In this document: positions 1 through 7,940 of the stretch, piece by piece
Position numbering within the stretch: position 1 is the first letter of the stretch
Layout: every line of letters begins with the position of its first letter
Assembly (NCBI RefSeq): GCF_006345805.1
Contig: NW_021826340.1
Coordinates: 1 to 13,081 of the forward strand
Length of the DNA: 13,081 nucleotides
DNA from: Octopus sinensis
Lineage: Eukaryota
Direction of reading: 5' to 3'
Position numbers and translations under genes: made by a program
The notes under the pieces: model-generated
What the model saw: the letters and a program-made list of their open reading frames with translations, nothing else
The model's database searches: none
What the model was told of the DNA's origin: nothing

Positions 1-108
1 TATGTATGTATGTATGTATGTATGTATGTATGTATGTATGTGTGTATGTATGTATGTACGTATGTATGTATGTATGTATGTATGTATGCATGAGTCTGTA
101 TGTATATA
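1..108. repeat. (TATG)n microsatellite, imperfect
   Basis: Tandem TATG/TGTG units read directly; explains the MYVC ORF at 2..205. Confidence 0.95.
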
Positions 109-328
109 TGTGAGTTTAGTTCAAAGTGTTTTTTATTATTTTTCCTCTTATTTGGCAAGCAAAACACACAAATCAGTTTTGAAGTTCTTACAACAGTGTA
201 TATAATGTGAGGAATGGGTGTGGTGTGTAGAAGAAATAATTGTGATTGTTGGTCACGTAGAGTAAAGAATCTAGTTGGGTGCTGGCTTTTTAGCTCTTTG
301 TTCGTCTTCTTATACTTAATAGTGTCGT

Positions 329-442
329 GGTTGTTGTTGTTGTTGTTGTAGGTTCTGGCTTGTAAGTTGGTTTGTTGTCTTTGCTCTGGGCTTTGCTACT
401 GTTGTTGTTGATGCTGTTGTTGTAGCTGTAGTTGTTGTTGTT
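329..442. repeat. (GTT)n-rich low-complexity tracts
   Basis: GTT runs at ~329-349 and ~399-442. Confidence 0.8.
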
Positions 443-486
443 CCACCTTTGACTGTTTAGGCCCAGCTTAGATTTGATCCAGTATC

Positions 487-532
487 GGTGTGGCAAGATG
501 TTTGCTTCCTAACCACATGGTTACGTGTTCAG
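487..532 (+). mobile_element. Degenerate 5' head fragment of SINE family A
   Basis: gtgtggcaagatgtttgcttcctaaccacatggttacgtgttcag aligns with the head of the 6994 copy (gtgtggtaagtagcttgctaaccaaccacatgattccggattcag). Confidence 0.7.
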
Positions 533-550
533 AACATATGACAACGATCT

Positions 551-760
551 TAGTGGTTAGAGTGTTGAACCCATGATAGTAAGATTGCGGTTTCGATTCT
601 CGGACCGGATGACACGTTGTATTTTTGAGCAGAACACTTCATTTCACATCTCTCTAGTCCACTCAGCTGGCAAAAATGAGTAATCCTGAGATGAACCAGC
701 GTCCTGTCCAGGTGAGGAATACATCCGCCATGGAAACTGGGAAACCGGCCCTTATGAGTC
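551..760 (+). mobile_element. tRNA-derived SINE, family C (CORE-like middle)
   Basis: A-box-like tagtggttag and B-box-like ggtttcgattc, then ttgagcagaacacttc...cagctggcaaaaatgag resembling the CORE domain, then gatgaaccagcgtcctgtccagg. Single copy in the window; boundaries approximate. Confidence 0.7.
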
Positions 761-859
761 GGCTCTTTACACAAGCAGACACCGGGGTCGATCATCATTA
801 ATCACCCCATCCAGAGATCATTGCTGTCAATATATCATGATTCTTTCTAAATGGCAGCC

Positions 860-960
860 AAGGCGAATGACGGATTAGTAGAATACCTAAAGTGTAGTTC
901 AAATCTACTTAAGGACAATTTTGTCTTCATTCTTTCGGACTCAATAAAGTATAATAAAGT
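860..960 (+). mobile_element. Highly degenerate SINE family B remnant
   Basis: agttcaaatctacttaaggacaattttgtcttcattctttcggactcaataaa aligns loosely with agttcaaattccgctgaggtcgattttgcctttcatcctctcggggtcgataaa of the 7711 copy. Confidence 0.55.
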
Positions 961-1012
961 CATATATTAAGGCCGCTTCTTCTCCCTCCCTCTTTCTCTC
1001 CCTATGGCTCAG

Positions 1013-1132
1013 AAGCAGCTGCATTGAAGAATCCAAGACAAGAAAGAATTGCTCACATCACTTCCGACTGAACAATCAGGATTTCATTGCCATTCTGTGG
1101 ACCCCCAGAAAAAATATCCTGTGCACCGTCTT
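1013..1132 (+). CDS. Candidate internal coding exon (120 bp, phase 2-2), product unknown
   Basis: Long polypyrimidine tract (~976-1003) plus CAG acceptor at 1010-1012, donor GTATGT at 1133. Only one of three frames is open: SSCIEESKTRKNCSHHFRLNNQDFIAILWTPRKNILCTV. No homology recognised. Confidence 0.4.
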
Positions 1133-1282
1133 GTATGTACTCACCGATATGCAATATAGCACATAGTTGTTGTTGTTGGTTTTTTTTATTTTCGTTTTTG
1201 CTTTTTGTTGTCCATCTTGTTTGCTCATCCTTTCGATACCGTCTTCTTCTAACTCATCTCCTTTCATTGTTGCTAAATCTGT

Positions 1283-1672
1283 AGCGTAGGAGTGGCTGAG
1301 GGGTAAGTAGCTTGCTTACAAACCACATGGTTCTGGGTTCAGTCCCACTGTGTGGCACCTTGGGCAAGTTCTGCTACTATAGCCTGGTGCCGACCAAAGC
1401 CTTGTGAGTGGATTTGGTAGACGAAAACTGAAAGAAGTCCGTCGTATATATGTATATATATATGTATGTGTGTGTGTGTGTTTGTCTCCCCAACATCGCT
1501 TGACAACCGATGCTGGTGTGTTTATGTCCCCGTAACTTAGCGGTTGGGCAAAAGAGTCCAATAGAATAAGTACTAGACTTACAAAGTCCTGGGGTCGATT
1601 TGCTCGACTAATGGCTGTGCTCCAGCATGGCCACAGTCAAATGACTGAAACAAGTAAAAGAGTAAAAGAGTA
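1283..1672 (+). mobile_element. SINE family A, near full length (tRNA-like head, internal (TA)n(TG)n, AGTAAAAG-repeat tail)
   Basis: Collinear with the copies at 6994 and 9444: A-box-like tggctgaggggt, B-box-like gggttcagtccc, CORE-like ccttgggcaag, tail aagtaaaagagtaaaagagta. Resembles octopus OR-type SINEs (name unverified). Confidence 0.92.
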
Positions 1673-1866
1673 TGTTGGCAAAATCGCGGGCAAAATCGCT
1701 AGCACATCGGATGAAATGTTTAGCGGCACCTCTTCTGGATCTTTGCGTTCTGAGTTCAAATACTGCTTTGGTCAACTTTGTTTTTCATCCCTTCGAGGTC
1801 GATGAAGTGAATTACAAGTCCAGTATCGGGGTCGATGTAATCGACATGAATCCGCCTCCTCAAGTT
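1673..1866 (+). mobile_element. SINE family B, diverged
   Basis: gttctgagttcaaat...tttcatcccttcgaggtcgat...ggggtcgatgtaatcgac matches the 7711 copy. Confidence 0.85.
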
Positions 1867-2161
1867 GATTCGATCCTGCAACGAACCGACGTCCCGTTCA
1901 GAGACAATATTGTGATCTCGGTCACTTAACCGCCAAGGAGACCGGGTAACTGACAGTTTCGGTTCTAAAGTCCTCCCAAAATATTGTGGTTTTGACAGCA
2001 GTGTCATGGTGATGGTTTGCTGTCATCGTCATTGTTTTTGGATTGTTGTTGTTCTTTTTCTTATTCCCCTCCTCATTTTACTACTCCTCAGTTTCACCCA
2101 CAACTCCTCCTCCGGCTCCACCTCTTCCTCCCCCAACTCGTTGCTATCGCTCTAAGCCCTA

Positions 2162-2297
2162 AAGGCCGTGAGCTGGCAGACCGTTAACACGCCGGGGTTG
2201 ATAAAATGAGTTTCAGTCGAGCAGTGGGGTCGATGTAACCGACTTGTCCCCCTCCCCCCAAATTTCAGGCCTTGTGCTTATTGTAGAAAGGATTATT
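2162..2297 (+). mobile_element. SINE family B (B1 tail) with ~84-bp internal deletion
   Basis: Head ggccgtgagctggcaga joined directly to ggggttgataaaat; tail caggccttgtgcttattgtagaaaggattatt. Confidence 0.88.
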
Positions 2298-2308
2298 TCT
2301 CCAAGCTC

Positions 2309-2713
2309 TCAGCTTGCAGAATCGTTAGCACGCCAGGCATAGCCCTTAACGGTATTTCGTCCGAGTTACATCTGCCGTTACGTTCTGAGTTCAAATTCCG
2401 GCGAGGTAGACTTTGCCTTTTATCCTTTCGGGGTCGATTAAATAAGTACCAGTTACGCACTGGGGTCAATATAATCGACTTAATCCGTTTGTCTGTCCTT
2501 GTTTGTCCTCTCTGTGTTTAGCCCCTTGCGGGTAGTAAAGAAATAGGTATTTCGTCCGAGTTTATATTTTGAGTTCAAATTCCGATGACGTTGACTTTGC
2601 CTTTCATCCTTCGGGAGTCGATGAAATAATTACTAGTTAAGTTCGGGGGTCGATGTAATTGATTGCCGCCCACTAAAGTTTCAGGCCCTGTGTCTATAGT
2701 AGAAAGGATTATT
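2309..2713 (+). mobile_element. SINE family B (B1 tail), interrupted by a nested B2 copy
   Basis: Head 2309-2367; body resumes at 2546 and ends in gtagaaaggattatt. Confidence 0.88.
2368..2545 (+). mobile_element. 5'-truncated SINE family B (B2 tail), nested, 17-bp TSD
   Basis: Flanked by ggtatttcgtccgagtt at 2351-2367 and 2546-2562; tail ...gggtagtaaagaaata as in 7711-7940. Confidence 0.88.
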
Positions 2714-2744
2714 GCTCTAAGCTCCAAAACGTATTAACTCCAGT

Positions 2745-2969
2745 TAATAATGGTTTCAAAATTTAGTCCAATACCAGCAATTTTAAGAGCAGGTTTTAGT
2801 CCATTACATTGATTTCCTACTTGACTGGAGGTACTCATTTTTATTGACCTGGTGGGACGAAAAGGAAAGCTGACGACGGCGGTATTTGAACCTAGACGTA
2901 AAAAGCCGGAAGAAATGCCATAAGCATTTTGTCTGACGTATGAACTTTCTGTCTGTTCGCCGCCGCCTT
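2745..2969 (-). mobile_element. SINE family B (B3 tail), diverged
   Basis: Reverse complement starts aaggcggcggcgaacagacagaaag, contains ggttcaaatacc and ends ttttgaaaccattatt. Confidence 0.8.
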
Positions 2970-2980
2970 ATTACTCCAAT

Positions 2981-3207
2981 TAATAATTCTTTCTATTATA
3001 GCGACAAGATCAGAGAATTTTGCAAAGAGAGTGCTAGTCGATAACTGATACCATCGATCCCAGCTTTCATGTGGCAATTGTTTTATCAATTTGTCTAAAA
3101 AGCAAAGTTTACCTCGGTGGAATTTGCACTTAGAAAGTAAAAAGCCGGAAGAAATGTCACTAAGAATTTTCTCCGGCATGTTAACGATTCTACCGGCTGG
3201 TCGCCTT
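2981..3207 (-). mobile_element. SINE family B (B1 tail), diverged
   Basis: Reverse complement: aaggcgaccagccggtagaatcgttaacatgccgg...caaattccaccgagg...atagaaagaattatt. Confidence 0.8.
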
Positions 3208-3237
3208 GAAGCTCCACTTAGAAATAAAAAGGAAAGC

Positions 3238-3378
3238 AATGTCATTTCTACTATAAGTACACAGCCTGAAAGTTTGGGGTTGCGTTGCGGTCGATTACAT
3301 CGACCCCAGTGACCAAGCGGTGCTTATTTCATCGATCTCGAAAGGATGAAAGCAAAGTCGACCTCGGCGGAATTTGAA
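3238..3378 (-). mobile_element. SINE family B (B1 tail), 5'-truncated
   Basis: gtcgattacatcgacccc and aaagtcgacctcggcggaatttgaa are reverse complements of the family B body. Confidence 0.85.
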
Positions 3379-3922
3379 AAAGAAAAGTAATCACTCTATT
3401 CATGCTTAGATCCTTAAATCTCCTGCACATCTCAGATTCAAATACTGCTAGTGCTGATAAAATTATACCAGCTATGTTTTGAGGTAAATTCATTTGATTT
3501 ATATCCCGACACTAAATTTTCTGTTGCATAAACACGGAATAAAGAAAACATAGCAACGATATTGGAACCAGGTAAGTGTAAAACGGTGTCAGAATAAGTA
3601 CAGATTAAAGGTCATAATACTTGTTACTGATGTCGTTTTAGTTCCAGTAGGCTTTGTCTAACCTCTTAACATACACATTTTTTTCAATTTCCATGCAAAA
3701 AAAATATTTTTTTTATTATTTATTTTGAATCTGTATATATAGAAGAATAAGGACACAAATTATTTTGGATCAGTTAAGATTTATTATGAAGTTACTAATA
3801 GAAAAATAGTTTCTGATAGTTAATGATAAAAAACGGGAATAACATCATGAACGAAGTATTTCAGGCTGGAAATAAGTGACGGTACTCAGTGTAGAATGAA
3901 CGTATATATTCGTTCAAATATA

Positions 3923-4151
3923 TAGGGTTGGCGAAAAGTCACCCTTCAGTAAATCGAAATTCTATAAATACTATCTGTAATTCTATATTCACTCGAATGG
4001 GAAAATGTATCACTCCAGAAGGACGTTTGTTTGAACAATATTCATGATGTTTCATATTTAGATGCTTTTATTAAATTCATTCAGTTGTTGAACATAAATC
4101 TTGGGATTAAATGGTTTTTATTTACTGTCAGGTGACTTTTGGCCAACCCTA
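3923..4151. mobile_element. Tc1/mariner-type MITE (~229 bp), ~32-bp TIRs, TA TSD
   Basis: tagggttggcgaaaagtcacccttcagtaaat (3923-3954) is the inverted repeat of atttactgtcaggtgacttttggccaacccta (4120-4151) with 4 mismatches; TA at 3921-3922 and 4152-4153; no coding interior. Confidence 0.85.
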
Positions 4152-4203
4152 TAAATTTACTAGAGATCTCTGAGCGAAAATATACGGGATAATGTATTTA
4201 AAA

Positions 4204-4682
4204 AATAATATATAATAATAATGAAATTATTGTATACAGTGCTCAGGTGCACCACAACTTGTCAGAGTATATGCAGTAATGTACAAATGTCTGGAAAGCG
4301 AACAATGCATGAGTCAGATACATGCTTGTGTGTGTATGGAGGGGAGAAAATCAGGTGTAGTGTTGGCGAATCTCAGAAAGCATTGAAGTTTTGAAGGATG
4401 CAGTGCTCCGACAACTAACAACTGATGCCGGCAGTTTGTTCCATGCTTCAGCAACTCTCAGCGTGAAAAAATGTTTCCTGAAGTCATGGGAGCTGTGCTG
4501 TTTTCAGACTTTGTAAATATGTCCACGGGTGTTAGATGGGTGGAGTTTGAATAGGTGCTCAGAGTTATTGTTTGTACGATGGTTGATAATTTTATGAGTG
4601 TCTGCCAAATCAGCCGCCAGACGTCGGAGTTTCAATGTGTCCATGCCCAGGAAAGTAAGGCGTTCAGGATATGGCAAATGCC
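4204..4682 (-). mobile_element. CR1-clade LINE 3' fragment (ORF2 C-terminus, 3'UTR, (ATT)n tail), non-functional
   Basis: 4680->4351 translates HLPYPERLTFLGMDTLKLRRLAADLADTHKII...NTRGHIYKV*...FRKHFFTLRVAEAWNKLPASVVSCRSTASFKT...HYT*. These are typical CR1 motifs (YxERL, RR..DL, TRGH, FFxxRVxxxWNxLP). Premature stop at 4504-4506. Confidence 0.92.
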
Positions 4683-4876
4683 AAATGATATTAATAGGTT
4701 AATATCAGCTCGGTTGTAATTGAGTCGATCCACGTTCTATGACGCTCCACCAATGTCCTTCCTGTTGATTATCTCTTTTATTCTTTTGCAGAGACAGTAT
4801 TTCTAGGAGTAAAATCTTTATCCAATAGTGATGATGGTGGATGATGATGAGGAGTATAATTTTTATCCATGTAGAT

Positions 4877-5030
4877 CGGTGGTTCTCAACCGGAAGTCAT
4901 TTGACCCTTATGGGGTCTATATAAGATTTTGTCGTTAAAATTGTATGTCAGTTAATTCGTTATACTTCTACAATATACAAACTCTTTTAACAATCTTTTT
5001 CTGTAGTTCTTAATAATATTTAATTCTAAA
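4877..5030. mobile_element. Probable hAT (Charlie-like) DNA transposon end fragment
   Basis: cggtggttctcaacc resembles the CAGTGGTTCTCAAC terminus and follows atgtagat (NTCTAGAN-like target). No partner TIR seen; right boundary is a guess. Confidence 0.5.
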
Positions 5031-5034
5031 AAAT

Positions 5035-5094
5035 GTTCTTTTCTTTTTTTTTTTACGATTCAATCATTTGACTGTGATCATGCTGGAGCACCAT
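5035..5094 (-). mobile_element. SINE family A 3' tail fragment
   Basis: Reverse complement ggtgctccagcatgatcacagtcaaatgattgaa matches the family A tail. Confidence 0.8.
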
Positions 5095-5210
5095 ACAGCC
5101 ATGCCTGCGCTTATAGCATATTTTAAACATTGAATGACTATGGAAGTCTTGTACATTATTTACATTATTTACAATTGACGGAAATTCCAAGTTCGATTCC
5201 AGGCAGTGAT

Positions 5211-5213
<3 letters not shown>

Positions 5214-5301
<88 letters not shown>
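5214..5301. repeat. (AAT)n microsatellite
   Basis: About 29 units with one interruption near 5259. Confidence 0.97.
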
Positions 5302-5305
<4 letters not shown>

Positions 5306-5354
5306 CATCGAAAGATACCTTAGGAATGAGAACCCAGGTTCGAAATTTCCCCAA

Positions 5355-5400
5355 GACACCTGTTGAAGGCTGGAGGGTAAATCGGCCGAAACGTTGTGTT
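5355..5400 (+). ncRNA. Minimal type I hammerhead ribozyme motif, core-mutated (CUGUUGA for CUGANGA)
   Basis: Helix I gacac (5355-5359)/gtgtt (5396-5400); core ctgttga plus an extra A (5360-5367); helix II ggctgg (5368-5373)/tcggcc (5382-5387); gaaa (5388-5391) followed by cgtt, forming palindromic aacgtt in place of helix III. Confidence 0.65.
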
Positions 5401-5545
5401 AACAACAAACAAGATGAGGACAGATTTCCGTCAAATGTAAATATTGTACGTACTTCCTCATTTCTTAAACATAGAACTGTATGAGAGCCTTGTTAAGTAA
5501 AATAGAAATCAAAGGGCTCCATCGGCAAAACACGGTCGAGAACCA

Positions 5546-6011
5546 GTGATGCAGATGATGGTGGTGGTGATGGTGGTGGTGGTGGTGGTTATGTTGATGA
5601 CGATTATGATGACGATGACGATGACGATGACGACGACGACGATGATAAAGGTAGTGATAACGGTTGCGATTATTTTGGAAGATGCGAGCCAAGAGGATGG
5701 TGCACAGGAAGACAAAAATAATGGCGACTAAGGCGATGATTGATTATACTTGCCGCTTCCACAGCCGCCGACGACGACGACGAAGACGATGATGATAGTA
5801 AATGTAGAAGTGGTCGTGGTAATTTGGTGGTGATGTTGGTGGTGGTGGTAGTGGTTGTGTGGTGGTGGTGGTGGTGGTGGTGGTAGCGATGATATATTGG
5901 GATAGTGAAAGTCGTGATAGTGATAATTGTGTTGGTGCACAGAATGGTGGTGGTGATGCTAGCGGTGGAGCTGATCATGATGATAATAGTGGTGGTGGTG
6001 GTGGTGGTGGT
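5546..6011. repeat. Compound trinucleotide low-complexity tract (GAT/GGT/GAC)
   Basis: Mixed GGT, GAT and GAC runs; source of the poly-His/Thr/Val ORFs. Confidence 0.9.
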
Positions 6012-6166
6012 CTTTGAGGGTTATAACTTCCATTGCAGTGATGACAATACAAATAGTGGTGGTGCTGATAGTTGAATGGATAACTTCGTTAAAAGTACGT
6101 TGAAATCAACTCTGCAGGAACTGAAGTTAAAAAAAGAAAATAGGAAAATTGAATTATTATGAAACT

Positions 6167-6170
<4 letters not shown>

Positions 6171-6253
<83 letters not shown>

Positions 6254-6264
6254 ACACACACACA
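6171..6264. repeat. (AC)n microsatellite
   Basis: 40 perfect AC units at 6171-6250 plus an imperfect extension. Confidence 0.97.
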
Positions 6265-6374
6265 TATCACAACACATCGCCAAAGAAATTTATATATCAT
6301 ACCGACATATACTCACGGAGATACCTTGCCAAACACACAAGTGCATTCATACACATATTTACTCACATAATTTT

Positions 6375-6387
6375 ATATACACACATG

Positions 6388-6441
<54 letters not shown>

Positions 6442-6456
6442 CGTATATATATGTAT

Positions 6457-6488
<32 letters not shown>

Positions 6489-6838
6489 TATATATACGTA
6501 TTATATATTATATATGTGTGTATGTGTGTGTGTGTGTGCATTTATGCATACAAGTGTGTGCGCATGTTTGCGTGCGCACATGTGTGTTTCTGTATGTACG
6601 TATTCACATGGTTTATTTGTCTTATTGACATGCGAACACATACAAAATATACACATATAAACCTATGCAAGATATGTCTAAGGATATATATAGACTCGTA
6701 TACACATTTATATATGTGTGTATATATATATATACATATATATATGTATGTAAGTAGGTATTTATATACACACACACACACAAACACACACACACACGCA
6801 CACACACACATATATATATATATATAAATATATATATA
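6375..6838. repeat. Compound (TA)n/(TG)n/(CA)n microsatellite field
   Basis: Alternating purine-pyrimidine runs read directly. Confidence 0.9.
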
Positions 6839-6993
6839 GGTATGGTGATGCAGACAGGGAAAATACAATTCAAAATATATGTATATTTTTATTAATATTT
6901 TGCAGGACTAATAGACTGACTTCGTCACTTCCTTTATATCCAAGATAACTGTTAAAATCGAACTGTAATCTTCAAAACTTACACAAAGACATA

Positions 6994-7138
6994 GGCGCAG
7001 GAGTGGCTGTGTGGTAAGTAGCTTGCTAACCAACCACATGATTCCGGATTCAGTCCCACTGCGTTGCATCTTGGACCGACCAATGCCTTGTGAGTGGATT
7101 TGGTAGACGGAAACTGAAAGAAGCCTGTCGTATATATG

Positions 7139-7171
<33 letters not shown>

Positions 7172-7408
7172 GTATGTGTGTGTGTTTTTGTGTGTCTGTG
7201 TTTGTTCCCCTAGCATTGCTTGACAACCGATGCTGGTGTGTTTACGTCCCCGTCACTTAGCGGTTCGGCAAAAAGAGACCGATAGAATAAGTACTGGGCT
7301 TACAAAAAAAATAAGTCCCGGGGTCGAGTTACTCGACTAAAGGCGGTGCTCCAGCATGGCCGCAGTCAAATGACTGAAACAAGTAAAAGAGTAAAAGAGT
7401 AAAGAGTA
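6994..7408 (+). mobile_element. SINE family A, near full length, 26-bp internal deletion
   Basis: ggcgcaggagtggctgtgtggtaag head, internal (TA)n(TG)n, tail aagtaaaagagtaaaagagtaaagagtaa. Confidence 0.93.
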
Positions 7409-7514
7409 AGTACAAGGTGAAATTACTACCTGCTCTTATAGCAGGTTGATGCCGGTAGTTTATCCCGACCCTTCCGACTTTTAGTTCGTGCATTTGAAAA
7501 ACGCATTATTTGTG

Positions 7515-7516
<2 letters not shown>

Positions 7517-7548
<32 letters not shown>

Positions 7549-7572
7549 TCACACACACACACACACACACAT
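7517..7572. repeat. (TA)n(CA)n microsatellite
   Basis: Read directly. Confidence 0.92.
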
Positions 7573-7599
7573 AGACATGCACATAAGCACCCAGGCGGG

Positions 7600-7638
7600 T
7601 AATTATGGACGAAGATATGCTGCATTTTTATACATACA
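7600..7638 (+). repeat. 39-bp exact dispersed repeat, copy 1 (copy 2 at 9608-9646)
   Basis: taattatggacgaagatatgctgcatttttatacataca at both sites. Confidence 0.92.
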
Positions 7639-7710
7639 TACATGCGTGTCTACGCGTGCGTGTTTGTGTGCGTCTGTATGTGCATATTTATGTATGCATA
7701 TGTATGCATA

Positions 7711-7940
7711 GGCGGTGAGCTGGCAGAAACGTTAGCGCGCCGGGCGAAATGCTTAGCGATATTTCGTCTGTTGTTACGTTCTGAGTTCAAATTCCGCTGA
7801 GGTCGATTTTGCCTTTCATCCTCTCGGGGTCGATAAATAAAGTACCAGTTTCGTACTGGGTCGATGTAATCGACTTAATCCCTTTGTCTGTCCCTGTTTG
7901 TCCCCTCTATGTTTAGTCCCTTGTGGGTAGTAAAGAAATA
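7711..7940 (+). mobile_element. SINE family B (B2 tail), full length (230 bp)
   Basis: ggcggtgagctggcagaa head, B-box-like gagttcaaattcc, ends gggtagtaaagaaata; sits in TA/TG-rich simple sequence. Confidence 0.93.

Larger units (their letters stand above)
5150..5480 (+). mobile_element. Non-autonomous Penelope-like/retrozyme-like element with hammerhead motif and inverted end copy
   Basis: Inverted repeat 5161-5185 vs 5424-5448 (23/25), B-box gttcgattcc 5191-5200, (AAT)n 5214-5301, hammerhead-like core 5355-5400. Outer boundaries approximate. Confidence 0.65.

Noticed and set aside
551-610. tRNA gene (also SINE heads at 1283, 6994, 7711)
   Set aside because: Only A/B-box-like motifs, no full cloverleaf, and each continues into a SINE body.
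2892-3312. 117-aa and 73-aa ORFs
   Set aside because: Lie almost entirely within degenerate family B SINE copies.
3520-3577. Perfect donor CAG|GTAAGT at 3571/3572
   Set aside because: All three upstream frames hit stops within ~45 nt and no good acceptor is nearby; a non-coding exon cannot be excluded.
4770-4850. Strong acceptor ttcttttgcag at 4791
   Set aside because: Stops in all frames within 55 nt and no supporting donor; insufficient evidence alone.
5465-5978. Poly-His/Thr/Val/Asp ORFs
   Set aside because: Trinucleotide low-complexity DNA open in several frames, with no convincing splice context or domain.
6159-6827. 222-aa ORF and the other HT/YI/CV-repeat ORFs (also 2-205, 8551-8965)
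   Set aside because: Translations of dinucleotide and tetranucleotide microsatellites, which lack stop codons by composition.
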